DNA from: Acidobacteriota bacterium
GTDB taxonomy: Bacteria; Acidobacteriota; UBA890
Length of the DNA: 59,914 nt
NCBI GenBank assembly: GCA_002731215.1
Contig: PCAP01000008.1
Coordinates: 1-59,914 of the forward strand
Reading direction: 5' to 3'
Under the pieces are notes generated by a model, which worked only from the letters and a program-made list of their open reading frames with translations, did not search any database and had not been told where the DNA came from. The first letter of the stretch is position 1. Every line of letters starts with the position of its first letter. The translations under genes and the position numbers were made by a program. Below are positions 1 through 9,490 of the stretch, in pieces.

Positions 1-1
1 T

Positions 2-883
2 CCACGCCGTGTCAGCCGACCGCGGCCCGGGCATGCCGACCTTGCTGGTGGGCTCAAGTACAACCGCGCTGACCTGCGTGACATTCTCGAGCGTGCCAGC
101 GCTCGAGAAACTGCCAACCGTGTCGCCGCTGGGGCGATTTGCAAACAGTTCCTTGGTGCTTTTCAGGTAGAGGTCGCTAGTCATGTCGTTCAAATTGGCG
201 GGGCGGCAGTTGAATCGACTGGAACACCATTCGAAATAATCCAGGCAAAAGCAGATGGCTCACCAGTCCGCTGTGTGGATGAAAGTGCCGCGCGTCTCAT
301 GATGGAGGCCATCGACAAAGCACACGACAATCTTGACACTCTTGGTGGTGTCTTTGAGGTTGTTGCCCGCAACGTTCCTGTCGGTCTAGGTAGCCATGTG
401 CAGTGGGACAAAAAACTTGATGCGCGGATTGCCCAAGCGATGATTTCGATTCCAGCTCAGAAGGCTGTCGAGATCGGTGACGGCATTTGGGCCGCAGGCC
501 AACAAGGTTCCGCAGTGCATGACGCCATTACTTTTGACAAAAAAAACAGAACCTACGAGCGCCCCACGAACCGCGCTGGAGGCACCGAAGGTGGCGTAAC
601 TTACGGCGGGGAGCTTCGGGTACGTGTGTACATGAAACCTCTCTCGACTTTGCGTCAGCCACTCGCCTCTGTTGAAATTGACACCGGGGAGGCTATCGAG
701 GCCGTGGTTCAGCGCTCCGACGTGTGCGCCGTACCTGCTGCAGCCGTTATTGGTGAAGCGATGTTGGCCCTCGTCCTCGCGGATGCCTGCATGGAGAAGT
801 TCGGGGGCGACAGTTTGTGCGAAACACAACGGAACTGGAGAGGCTTTCTCGAGCAGGTTCGTGAATTTCCGCCTGGGTGTTAG
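2..883 (+). CDS. aroC: chorismate synthase, 5'-truncated at window edge
   Basis: Frame 2 is open from base 2 (RPGHADLAGGLKYNRADLRDILERASARETANRV...) and runs into the 275..883 ORF (GGTEGGVTYGGELRVRVYMKP, RSDVCAVPAAAVIGEAM). These are typical AroC motifs. Confidence 0.9.
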   Translation, partial: PRRVSRPRPGHADLAGGLKYNRADLRDILERASARETANRVAAGAICKQFLGAFQVEVASHVVQIGGAAVESTGTPFEIIQAKADGSPVRCVDESAARLMMEAIDKAHDNLDTLGGVFEVVARNVPVGLGSHVQWDKKLDARIAQAMISIPAQKAVEIGDGIWAAGQQGSAVHDAITFDKKNRTYERPTNRAGGTEGGVTYGGELRVRVYMKPLSTLRQPLASVEIDTGEAIEAVVQRSDVCAVPAAAVIGEAMLALVLADACMEKFGGDSLCETQRNWRGFLEQVREFPPGC

Positions 884-949
884 CCGATGTTTCCAATTAG
901 GTTCCTAGGATGAGAGCGTTGGAACCCACTTTTAATTCCGTGTATCGGT

Positions 950-1996
950 TCAATCTCCGATAACTTCACGCGCCACACCAATCGTAAAATCTATGTCAGC
1001 TGAATTAATGGCTGCGTGCGTCACCAGGCGCAAAACATTAGAGCCAGGGTTTAAGCACACCACACCTTGCTCTTTGAGCCGGTTTCGAATTTCTTCTGCG
1101 CTAACGCCACAGTCAGCAACATCTATGATGACGATGTTGCTGTCGCAATGACCGTAAGCAAGTTCGACACCCGGCAATTCAGTGAGCCCCTTGGCTAAGC
1201 GGCGGGCATTGTCATGATCCTCAGCTAAACGATCGATCATTTCTGCAATGGCAACCCTACCGGCAGCCGCTACGACGCCAACCTGTCGCATACCGCCACC
1301 GAGAAGCTTACGGACCCGCCGACCGTCCTCGATCAATCCAGCAGAGCCAGCCAGTATTGAGCCCAACGGAGCACACAGTCCTTTGGATAGAGAAACCATC
1401 ACAGTATCGAAACCCACCGCAAGGTCAGCCACTGCAGTACCGCTAGCAACCGCGGCGTTGAACAATCTCGCCCCATCCAGGTGCAACGCAGCACCGCGTG
1501 CACGTGCGAGTTCTTGTACCTCAGTCATCCGATCGTGCGGCCACACACGCCCGCCAGCCATGTTATGAGTGTTCTCAATAATTACCAGCGAGACCCTCGC
1601 CCGAAGATATTGCAATTTCATTCGATCAAACAATGCTTCCTCAACATCATCAACATCGAAGACACCCCGATCGCCAATCAATACACGTGGTTGAACACCT
1701 GAGATCACTGCCATCCCAGAATTCTCCCAATCATAAGAATGGCCGCTGCCTTCAATAAGCACTTCATCCCCTGGGCGAGTAAGGAGATGGATGGAAATCT
1801 GATTTCCCATTGTTCCCGTGGGCACAAATAAAGCGGCCTCGTAACCGAGGAGCTCCGCGCATTCCTCCTCTAGCGCAGAAACAGTTGGATCTTCTTGAAA
1901 TACGTCATCGCCCACCTCAGCTTGAGCCATAGCGCGACGCATTTTCTCTGTCGGCATCGTGACAGTGTCCGAGCGCATGTCAATTAAACGACTCAT
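950..1996 (-). CDS. ltaE: low-specificity L-threonine aldolase (PLP-dependent)
   Basis: 348-aa ORF. IDMRSDTVTMPT, AEVGDDVFQEDPTV and SLSKGLCAPLGS (PLP-lysine region) are characteristic of the threonine aldolase family. Confidence 0.85.
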   Translation of the reverse strand: MSRLIDMRSDTVTMPTEKMRRAMAQAEVGDDVFQEDPTVSALEEECAELLGYEAALFVPTGTMGNQISIHLLTRPGDEVLIEGSGHSYDWENSGMAVISGVQPRVLIGDRGVFDVDDVEEALFDRMKLQYLRARVSLVIIENTHNMAGGRVWPHDRMTEVQELARARGAALHLDGARLFNAAVASGTAVADLAVGFDTVMVSLSKGLCAPLGSILAGSAGLIEDGRRVRKLLGGGMRQVGVVAAAGRVAIAEMIDRLAEDHDNARRLAKGLTELPGVELAYGHCDSNIVIIDVADCGVSAEEIRNRLKEQGVVCLNPGSNVLRLVTHAAINSADIDFTIGVAREVIGD

Positions 1997-2030
1997 CGAT
2001 AATTATCGTCTCTCGCCGTCAGGTTAGCCC

Positions 2031-4850
2031 TCAAAGTTTCAACACCTTTCTTAGGTAATCGCCAGTGTGCGAGTGGGGTGCTACCGCAATATCTTCGGGG
2101 GTACCTTCAGCCACGATCCAGCCACCGTCAGCACCGCCTTCCGGACCCATATCGATGATCCAATCGGCCGTCTTCAGAAGGTCAAGGTTGTGCTCGATAA
2201 CGACAACTGACGCACCTGCATTAACCAAACGATTTAGGGCGAACAATAGCTTGGAAATATCGTCGAAGTGCAGTCCCGTGGTTGGTTCATCAAATAGATA
2301 GAGAGTATCGGAGCCAGCACCCTCGATAAGGTGGGCGGCGAGCTTGACTCTCTGCGCTTCACCCCCTGACAGAGTGGTCGACGGTTGACCAAGGCGAAGG
2401 TAACCAAGGCCGATATCCTGCAGAACCTGTAACCGCTTAGCCGTCACTGGAAGGTCTCTGAGAAAAAGTCTCGCCTCGTTTACGGTCATTTCAAGAACTT
2501 CACGGATATTCTTGCCACAATACTCAACTTCCAGAGTATCGGCCCGATAACGGCTGCCTTCGCACTCTTCACAAGGCAAGCTGACATCGGGCAAGAACTG
2601 CATCTCCACAACCACTTCACCGCTTCCGTCGCAAGCCTCGCAGCGACCGCCTGCAATGTTGAACGAGAAGTGTCCTGACTTTAAGCCGCGCGCCTGTCCC
2701 TCGCGTGTCTTGGCAAAGGCCGCGCGGATGCCATCGAACGCCTTGATGTACGTAACTGGATTCGACCTCGAGGATCGGCCAATCGGTGATTGATCAATCA
2801 TTACTACGCGAGCAACCTGTTCCGCGCCTTCTATGCGATCGTGGGCACCTATCTTCTCCTTCCACGGGCCCAAGCGTTGGCGTAGGCCGTTGTGCAACAC
2901 ATCGTGGATCAAGGTGCTCTTCCCCGAACCAGAGACCCCTGTAATACAGCACAACACACCGAGCGGTATTTTGATGTTGAGGTCTTTCAGGTTATGTTCG
3001 CGGGCCCCAATCACCTTGAGGTAGCCTTCAGCTGGGCGGACTCGTGCAGGCTCTGGGACACTCTTGTCACCTCGCATGTACTCGGAGGTCAACCCACTCG
3101 ACGCCAATAACGCGCAAGGGGCTCCCTCGAAGACAAGTTCCCCGCCTTGTTCTCCGGCTCCAGGGCCGAGGTCGATTAAATGGTCGGCCGCCTCGATCAT
3201 CTCCCGATCGTGTTCAACAACGAGGACACTGTTGCCAAGATCACGCAAACGCCGAAGAATGCCCATTAACCGCTCATTGTCGCGTGGATGTAAACCAATG
3301 CTGGGTTCGTCGAGAACGTACATCACACCGACTAATGAGGAGCCAAGGCAGGCAGCCAGGTTGATCCTCTGAGCCTCGCCCCCTGAAAGCGTCCCCGTAA
3401 GACGATCCAGGGTCAGGTATCCGACCCCTACTTCAACCAGGTAAGTTAGGCGAAAACGAATCTCAGTCAATAGCGGTTCAGAAACCGCGTCATCTCCTTT
3501 CGAAAAATCAGGCCCGAGGAAAAATCGTTCAGCATCCTCAATACTCATTGCCAAAATTTCACCTAGCATCATCCCGCCAACCTGAACATTCCGGGCCTCG
3601 CTCCGGAGCCGCACACCATTACAAGAAGAACAAGAGACATAGCCGCGGTATCGAGCAAGCAGAACACGCACATGGAGTCGATAGTTCTTTTTCTTAAGTC
3701 TTTCAAAAAACCCGAGAACTCCTGGGAAACCATCAGAACCTCCCATTACAGCCTCGCGTTGCCCAACCTGTAGGTCCTGCCAGGGAATGTCCATCGGGAT
3801 TGCATTCTCATTGCAATAATCACGCAGTCGTTTGCGCCAACGTCCCCGGCTCGCCTTATCCCACGGCTCGATAGCCCCGTCCTCCAGCGTCGCCGTTTTG
3901 TCAGGAACAACCTTGTCGAGATCAATCTCAATGATGTTTCCAAACCCCTTGCACTCAGGACAGGCCCCATAAGGGTTGTTGAACGAGAAAAGACGAGGTT
4001 CTGGTTGCAGAAAGTCTAGGTCGCACCTGGAACAACGAAACCGCCAGTCGAACGGGTGCTCCGTCACCGACGAACCATCGCCATTGCCAATTACGAACGC
4101 CCTAGCTTTCCCCCCTCCCCCATTGAAACCCATCTCCATAGAATCAATGAGTCGAGTACGAGCGTCTCGATCAAGTATTGAACGGTCAACGATGACCTCT
4201 ACAGGGCCGTTGCCAAGTTCCTTCGCCACGTCCTGGAGAGAACGGACCGACATTTCAAGCGTCTCTCCCTTGTGCCAGAGGCGCCGAAACCCCTGTTGCA
4301 ATAAACCAAGCAAAACTGTTTTTCGGCCTTTGATCGAGCGTGGTAGGCAAGTTTGGAAGGTGATTACGACTTGGCAGTGTGCCGCCGTGTCAAGAAGTGT
4401 GTCGACCGCTCCAGCTGGAGTATCAGAACAGACCACCTGGTTGCACGAGGGACACACGGTTTGTCCGACCCGGGCGAATAATAATCGTAGGTAGTCGTGA
4501 ACTTCCGTGGTGGTCGCTACCGTCGACCGAGCACTACGTGGCGGCACTTTTTGCTGTATGGCAACAGCGGGACAAACCCCTTCGATAGAGTCAACGGCAG
4601 GCTTCTTCATACGTTCAAGAAACTGCCGGGCGTAGGCTGACAGTGACTCCACGTAGCGACGCTGTCCCTCGGCGTAAAGTGTGTCAAACGCAAGACTTGA
4701 CTTTCCCGAGCCAGAGACACCAGTAATCACTACCAGCTTTTGGCTGGGAATATCAACATCAATATTTTTCAGATTGTGTACCCTGGCCCCACGGACTGAA
4801 ATCGTCTGGTGCACAGCTGGGACAGCTTCGTGGGTTCGTCGAACGGACAT
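2031..4850 (-). CDS. uvrA: excinuclease ABC subunit A
   Basis: 939-aa ORF with two ABC ATPase modules ([23 protein letters not shown]; [13 protein letters not shown]; two LSGGEAQR signatures) and Cys-rich zinc modules. Confidence 0.97.
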   Translation of the reverse strand: MSVRRTHEAVPAVHQTISVRGARVHNLKNIDVDIPSQKLVVITGVSGSGKSSLAFDTLYAEGQRRYVESLSAYARQFLERMKKPAVDSIEGVCPAVAIQQKVPPRSARSTVATTTEVHDYLRLLFARVGQTVCPSCNQVVCSDTPAGAVDTLLDTAAHCQVVITFQTCLPRSIKGRKTVLLGLLQQGFRRLWHKGETLEMSVRSLQDVAKELGNGPVEVIVDRSILDRDARTRLIDSMEMGFNGGGGKARAFVIGNGDGSSVTEHPFDWRFRCSRCDLDFLQPEPRLFSFNNPYGACPECKGFGNIIEIDLDKVVPDKTATLEDGAIEPWDKASRGRWRKRLRDYCNENAIPMDIPWQDLQVGQREAVMGGSDGFPGVLGFFERLKKKNYRLHVRVLLARYRGYVSCSSCNGVRLRSEARNVQVGGMMLGEILAMSIEDAERFFLGPDFSKGDDAVSEPLLTEIRFRLTYLVEVGVGYLTLDRLTGTLSGGEAQRINLAACLGSSLVGVMYVLDEPSIGLHPRDNERLMGILRRLRDLGNSVLVVEHDREMIEAADHLIDLGPGAGEQGGELVFEGAPCALLASSGLTSEYMRGDKSVPEPARVRPAEGYLKVIGAREHNLKDLNIKIPLGVLCCITGVSGSGKSTLIHDVLHNGLRQRLGPWKEKIGAHDRIEGAEQVARVVMIDQSPIGRSSRSNPVTYIKAFDGIRAAFAKTREGQARGLKSGHFSFNIAGGRCEACDGSGEVVVEMQFLPDVSLPCEECEGSRYRADTLEVEYCGKNIREVLEMTVNEARLFLRDLPVTAKRLQVLQDIGLGYLRLGQPSTTLSGGEAQRVKLAAHLIEGAGSDTLYLFDEPTTGLHFDDISKLLFALNRLVNAGASVVVIEHNLDLLKTADWIIDMGPEGGADGGWIVAEGTPEDIAVAPHSHTGDYLRKVLKL

Positions 4851-4962
4851 GACCTTGTATCTCAGAAGGGCAAGATGGCCACAAGAGTTTACTTGTACCT
4901 GATGAAATCAGCGCTAACGACTGAAACCACCATGTTAGAGTCTCACCCTTTTCCGGACAAAC

Positions 4963-5529
4963 ATGCCATCTCTTAGGTCTCGCTCCCGTAAAACAGTACT
5001 CGCTGTATGTTTCGGAAACCTATGCCGCAGTCCGATTGCAGAGGCTCTCCTGCACCATTACCTTCCCAGCGACAGATGGGAAGTGATCTCCGCAGGGACC
5101 CACGCGGTTGGGGGGGACCCACCCGCCGGTGGAGCTTGCAATGCCATCGCGAAACTTGCTGGTCTTGATATATCGTTGCAACGCTCTTCACTCTTGACCG
5201 CAGACGTATTGCAACATAGTGACTACATCTTCGTTATGTCGCAGCGTCAAGCAGTCTGGGCCGCTGACTTGGATCCTGGAATCGCTCCGCATATTCGACT
5301 CCTGGGCGCCTTTGCTCCAAAGCCCAGTCTTACATACCAACTAACAGATATCAGTGGTGACCCGACAGACACAATGAAGATACCGGACCCCATGGGCGGT
5401 AACAGAAGAGTATATGAGGCCTGCTGTAGAACGATTATTGATTGCACTAAAGCTGTAGCTAACTGGCTAGATGCTGGTGCTCCAGCCACAGAAGACCCCG
5501 GAACGGTGGCCGACTGGATCAACGATTAA
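4963..5529 (+). CDS. low-molecular-weight protein-tyrosine phosphatase family protein
   Basis: N-terminal P-loop VCFGNLCRSPIAEAL (C-X5-R-S) and a downstream DP loop (IPDPMGG). Confidence 0.8.
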   Translation: MPSLRSRSRKTVLAVCFGNLCRSPIAEALLHHYLPSDRWEVISAGTHAVGGDPPAGGACNAIAKLAGLDISLQRSSLLTADVLQHSDYIFVMSQRQAVWAADLDPGIAPHIRLLGAFAPKPSLTYQLTDISGDPTDTMKIPDPMGGNRRVYEACCRTIIDCTKAVANWLDAGAPATEDPGTVADWIND

Positions 5530-5595
5530 CTTTCCTAACGTAACCCAGGCCAATGGATTCATCCTGCAACGGCCAACTAATCCTTAGTTAAGGCA

Positions 5596-6180
5596 ATGTC
5601 GAATTCAGCGGACGAGCAGTATTTCAACCGAATTGAGGAACATTTTGGCCGTCGACGCGGTGGCCCGCTGGTACTTTCACCGAAGGACTGGGGTCTCGTA
5701 GAAGCCTGGCACGATAGCGGTATCCCACTAAGGATCGTTTTGCGCGGTATTAACCAGGCTTTTGATCGTTTTGCAGCTTCCGGACCCCGTCCTGATCGTA
5801 TCAACTCATTGCTCTATTGTGAGCAGGAGATTCGAGCGGCATGGGAAGAGTACAGAGGCACACATCAACATAGACATCTTCGTGGGGACCAAGGATCGAA
5901 GGGGTTACCAAAAGCATCAGCCCACTTGCGTGTTGTCTCAGCAGCTTGCCGTTCTGCTGCCACGAACGTCCATATGACCGTAGCGTCCTGTCTTCTTACT
6001 GCCGCAGCAGAGCTCGACGAGATTGAGCGTGCCGCTGCAGACGGAGACTTGGAAGCTCGGTCCGTCGACCGAAGGGCCAACGATGTCGAAAGCCGACTGC
6101 GCAGCGCAGTGAAATCGCTCTCGGGAACCGATGAACTCAACGCGCTAAGGTTGCCGCCTTTTAGTCCTTACGACGCATAA
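5596..6180 (+). CDS. hypothetical protein (no family recognised)
   Basis: 194-aa ORF filling the gap between flanking genes. The N-terminal half looks globular (LSPKDWGLVEAWHDSGIPLRIVLRGINQAFDR) and the C-terminal half is Ala/Arg-rich and helical. No motif I can name. Confidence 0.5.
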   Translation: MSNSADEQYFNRIEEHFGRRRGGPLVLSPKDWGLVEAWHDSGIPLRIVLRGINQAFDRFAASGPRPDRINSLLYCEQEIRAAWEEYRGTHQHRHLRGDQGSKGLPKASAHLRVVSAACRSAATNVHMTVASCLLTAAAELDEIERAAADGDLEARSVDRRANDVESRLRSAVKSLSGTDELNALRLPPFSPYDA

Positions 6181-6328
6181 CCCAACTCGGTGTACCCTGT
6201 AATCTCCTCTGTCGAGACCAGTATTCCTCAGAAATTTTCAATAGTGTCGTCCGGGGATTGGCTCGACGCATGCACGGCAAACCATATCGCGTGATGCAAT
6301 AACGAGATTGATGTAAACAAGGGTGTTT

Positions 6329-6976
6329 CTACTGGCGGCTATCGGGGCTGAAGCAATCTCGACACCGTGCTTCGTATACATCATCAGCTCCCACCACAAC
6401 TCTCTCCTCGCTCGCAATAAGCCTCTGGGAATGGTTTGCCGGTGCCCCGCATTGGACACAGATTGCCAGCGTCTTGGTGATGTACTCGGCGAGCGCCAGC
6501 AACTGCGGAATCGGTTCGAAAGGCCGTCCGAGGTAATCCTGGTCCAACCCCGCGATAATTACCCGCCGGCCTTCGGTAATCAGACGCTGGCAGACGTCAA
6601 TCAGTCCATCATCATAAAATTGAGCCTCATCGATACCTACGACCTGAGTCTCCGGGGAAACTGCGTCATACAGCTCCGTTGATGTCGTGACCCGTTGGCT
6701 CAAGATTCGCTGCCGACTGTGGGACACAATGTGATTGTCGTCAAGACGATCATCAATGCCCGGCTTGAAAACCTGAACTTTCTGCCGGGCAATCTCGGCA
6801 CGGCGCAAACGGCGGATAAGCTCCTCACTCTTGCCAGAGAACATACTTCCGCAGATTACCTCGATCCAGCCTCGCCCCCGTTGTTGGTTGCTGACGTCTG
6901 GAGTACGCATGTCAATAGCCTCTGTGGCAGAAGTACTTTGAAGGACACCGCGGCCAGTCTGCTCCTGGGTGGCCAA
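6329..6976 (-). CDS. tdk: thymidine kinase
   Basis: [25 protein letters not shown]-loop and C-terminal zinc Cys pairs (CVQCG...CRDC). The true start may be the internal ATG at 6910. Confidence 0.9.
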   Translation of the reverse strand: MATQEQTGRGVLQSTSATEAIDMRTPDVSNQQRGRGWIEVICGSMFSGKSEELIRRLRRAEIARQKVQVFKPGIDDRLDDNHIVSHSRQRILSQRVTTSTELYDAVSPETQVVGIDEAQFYDDGLIDVCQRLITEGRRVIIAGLDQDYLGRPFEPIPQLLALAEYITKTLAICVQCGAPANHSQRLIASEERVVVGADDVYEARCRDCFSPDSRQ

Positions 6977-7032
6977 TCCTACTGCCTCCGCATTTGCAGC
7001 AATTAACTGGATAATGGAAAACTCTTGCCCGA

Positions 7033-7041
7033 TGCTATAAT
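7033..7041 (+). promoter_or_regulatory. candidate extended -10 promoter element (TGcTATAAT) for tatC
   Basis: Sequence tgctataat lies 40 nt upstream of the tatC start. No convincing -35 element. Confidence 0.3.
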
Positions 7042-7081
7042 CCGGCGTCTTCTGCCCTTCTGATCACAGTAGCTCTTCCTC

Positions 7082-7840
7082 TTGGACACTGCCACTACCT
7101 CGAATCAATCGGGTCCAATAGTTACTTGGGACCATGTGATCAGCCGGATCAACGCGCTACGACGCAGCCTTTTATGGGTTGTGGCTGCTCTTCTGTTAGG
7201 TACAGCGGCCGGCTGGGGCGTTGCTGATCGGGTGTTCAATTTCTTGGCCGCACCGCTCACGACAGCACTTGCAAACGCAACTCGGGACCCACGGCTTGCA
7301 TTCACAAGCTTAAGTGATCCCTTCATCATCTATTTCAGTGTCTCATTGCTGCTAGGGCTACTCTTGGCCCTGCCAGTCATCATGTCTCTGTTTTGGCGCA
7401 TAGTTGCGCCCCTGGGTCTCGGACGTGGGGCGGTGAAGGCAGTCGTTTTTGTCGCCGCATCATCGGTATTATTTCTAGTCGGTTTGGCGTTCGGCTATTG
7501 GGTATTGCTACCCTTCGTCGTCCGATATCTTCTTGGTGTCGCTGAAGAATTCCGTTACGCGGTAACCATCCGAGAATATTTACGCTTCGCGTTACGCATG
7601 CTCATAGCGATGGGAATGTCTGCCCAGCTTCCTCTAATTAGTTTCGTGCTCGCTCGCTTTGAGTTGGTCACAGCCCGGCGCATGCTGCGCTGGCTTCCCT
7701 ATGCGGTGCTGGCTGCCTTCGTGATCGCCGCTGTGATTACACCTCCTGATGGCATCAGCCAATTACTCGTCGCAACTCCGATGATGGTGCTGTACTTGTT
7801 GGGCGTAGTCGTTGCAGCGGTCGCAGCACCCCGCAATTAG
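7082..7840 (+). CDS. tatC: twin-arginine translocase subunit TatC
   Basis: 252-aa polytopic membrane ORF with a TTG start. Its length and hydrophobic segment pattern fit TatC (six predicted helices, FLAAPL and PPD motifs). Confidence 0.85.
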   Translation: MDTATTSNQSGPIVTWDHVISRINALRRSLLWVVAALLLGTAAGWGVADRVFNFLAAPLTTALANATRDPRLAFTSLSDPFIIYFSVSLLLGLLLALPVIMSLFWRIVAPLGLGRGAVKAVVFVAASSVLFLVGLAFGYWVLLPFVVRYLLGVAEEFRYAVTIREYLRFALRMLIAMGMSAQLPLISFVLARFELVTARRMLRWLPYAVLAAFVIAAVITPPDGISQLLVATPMMVLYLLGVVVAAVAAPRN

Positions 7841-7896
7841 CAGGACCGAGCATAACGTCTTCATTCGAACTAGGCCGCCGGCCTTCACCAACGTAA

Positions 7897-8691
7897 TCAA
7901 GGGTCCTTTTCTAAGGACTTAACTTCGTTCCAGAGCTCATCCATTTGTTCAAGATTAGACGCCTCTCCCGACTCTATGCGCGATTCAATGGCCCGAAATC
8001 TGCGTTCGAATTTTTCACTCGCACGTCGGAGAGCGACCTCCGGAGACAATCCCATGTGACGGGCAAAATTAGCGATCGCAAACAGAAGGTCTCCGACTTC
8101 TGCCTCAATTTCCGCTGAGGACCGCTCAGCGTCGCCTTCAGCTTTGACTGTTGCCTCCTCGACCTCGACAATCTCCTCACGCACTTTTTCAAGAGCACCG
8201 GCCGCATTAGGCCAATCGAATCCAACATTCGAGGCCCGCCGACCAAGCTTTTCTGCGCGGACAAGCGCCGGAAACACCTCGGGAATATCATCAAGCACTG
8301 ATCCCCCACCACGTTCCTCGCGTTTGATCGCTTCCCAACGAACCAAAACTTCATCGGCAGTATCCAACTGGCCTTCGCCAAAAACGTGCGGGTGGCGCCG
8401 AACAAGTTTGTCACTAATCGATTCGACAACATCGGTGATGTTGAACTGGCCTCCTTCATCGGCCAGTTGGGAAAGAAAAACAACCTGTAGCAGAAGATCG
8501 CCAACTTCGGAGGGGAGCGCTTCTAAGTCGTCATCATCGATCGCCTGCACCACCTCATACGCTTCCTCAAGGATGTACCTACGTAACGAATAAAGATCCT
8601 GTTGGCGATCCCAGGGGCACCCATCCGGGCCGCGTAGAGTTTTCATGATGTCTACAAGGTGTTCGAAGGCGACCCCAATACGATTTGACAC
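7897..8691 (-). CDS. mazG: nucleoside triphosphate pyrophosphohydrolase MazG
   Basis: LRGPDGCPWDRQQDLYSLRRYILEEAYEV and a second EEIVEVEEA...EVGDLLF module give the tandem MazG domains. Confidence 0.9.
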   Translation of the reverse strand: MSNRIGVAFEHLVDIMKTLRGPDGCPWDRQQDLYSLRRYILEEAYEVVQAIDDDDLEALPSEVGDLLLQVVFLSQLADEGGQFNITDVVESISDKLVRRHPHVFGEGQLDTADEVLVRWEAIKREERGGGSVLDDIPEVFPALVRAEKLGRRASNVGFDWPNAAGALEKVREEIVEVEEATVKAEGDAERSSAEIEAEVGDLLFAIANFARHMGLSPEVALRRASEKFERRFRAIESRIESGEASNLEQMDELWNEVKSLEKDP

Positions 8692-8856
8692 AATCTCTTT
8701 CTCTTTCTGAAGGCAGGGATAAAGTACGTGAAGTCACTGTAAGCTGATACGCCGAAATACTAACGCGCCCGATGAGTCACGTCGGGCCATTTGCAGGGCA
8801 TTGATTCGCCCTCTACACTCTGCCAGCAAATTCCTTAACACTTCTGTGAAAGGCCG

Positions 8857-9366
8857 ATGGACGAAGACGAATTAGTTCAAAACGATAACGAAAACGATCC
8901 GCCGACACTCAAGGTCACTGATCGCCGGAAATTTGCGGCCGATGGTACACCGTTGGAATCGGGCTCCGTTGAAGGCGAGGACACCAAGCCAAAAGCGGAG
9001 ACTCTGAAACCTGAGGAACTAGAGCAACCCGAAACAGAATCGACGCCGGATACCAGTGCCCAAGAGAAGCCAGAGCCACCAACCGATACACCTGAACGAA
9101 ACATTGCCCAACTGCCGCGGGACTTTTCAGCTTTTCTTGAAGGTATGTACCTCGAAGCGATGCTTTATCTTGGCGCAATACCAGATCCTCGCACCGGTGA
9201 AATGATCGAGGATCTTGAACTAGCTGAATACAAGATTGATCTCCTCGGAATGCTTCAGAGCAAAACTGAAGGCAATCTAGACGCTGATGAAAAGGAACGC
9301 GTCGTAGCGGTGCTCTACCAACTCCGCATGATCTATCTTGAAAAGACTAAGTCTATTAATCTTTAG
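8857..9366 (+). CDS. DUF1844 domain-containing protein
   Basis: Acidic disordered N-terminus with a KVTDRRKF motif, then FSAFLEGMYLEAMLYLGAIPDPRTGE...DLELAEYKIDLLGML, typical of DUF1844. Confidence 0.7.
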   Translation: MDEDELVQNDNENDPPTLKVTDRRKFAADGTPLESGSVEGEDTKPKAETLKPEELEQPETESTPDTSAQEKPEPPTDTPERNIAQLPRDFSAFLEGMYLEAMLYLGAIPDPRTGEMIEDLELAEYKIDLLGMLQSKTEGNLDADEKERVVAVLYQLRMIYLEKTKSINL

Positions 9367-9367
9367 G

Positions 9368-9396
9368 TTGACATTAATCGACTCAGATTTTATTCT
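9368..9396 (+). promoter_or_regulatory. sigma-70-type promoter of dnaK operon (TTGACA-N17-TATTCT)
   Basis: Perfect -35 TTGACA at 9368..9373, a 17-nt spacer, and TATTCT at 9391..9396, about 95 nt upstream of the dnaK ATG. AAGAGGA SD at 9479..9485. Confidence 0.55.
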
Positions 9397-9414
9397 CGCT
9401 AGTAACTAAAATAC

Positions 9415-9441
9415 GAGAGTGACAGATCGTTTGTCACGCTC
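9415..9441 (+). promoter_or_regulatory. inverted repeat GAGAGTGACA-N7-TGTCACGCTC in dnaK leader (candidate operator or 5'-UTR hairpin)
   Basis: 10-nt arms with one mismatch (perfect core GTGACA-N7-TGTCAC at 9419..9437). It lies between the predicted -10 and the dnaK SD. Confidence 0.35.
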
Positions 9442-9490
9442 ACACAAACACCCGTAAACTCCGCGTTTTAGTGAAAACAAGAGGAAAATT

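Noticed and set aside
900-926. Hairpin GGTTCC-N15-GGAACC between convergent aroC and ltaE, as a possible bidirectional terminator
   Set aside because: The stem is only 6 bp with a 15-nt loop and no flanking U-tract, which is too weak to call.
1997-2008. Perfect 12-bp palindrome CGATAATTATCG immediately 5' of the ltaE start codon
   Set aside because: About 15 such palindromes are expected by chance in a 60-kb window. It is AT-rich and there is no second copy or associated regulator gene.
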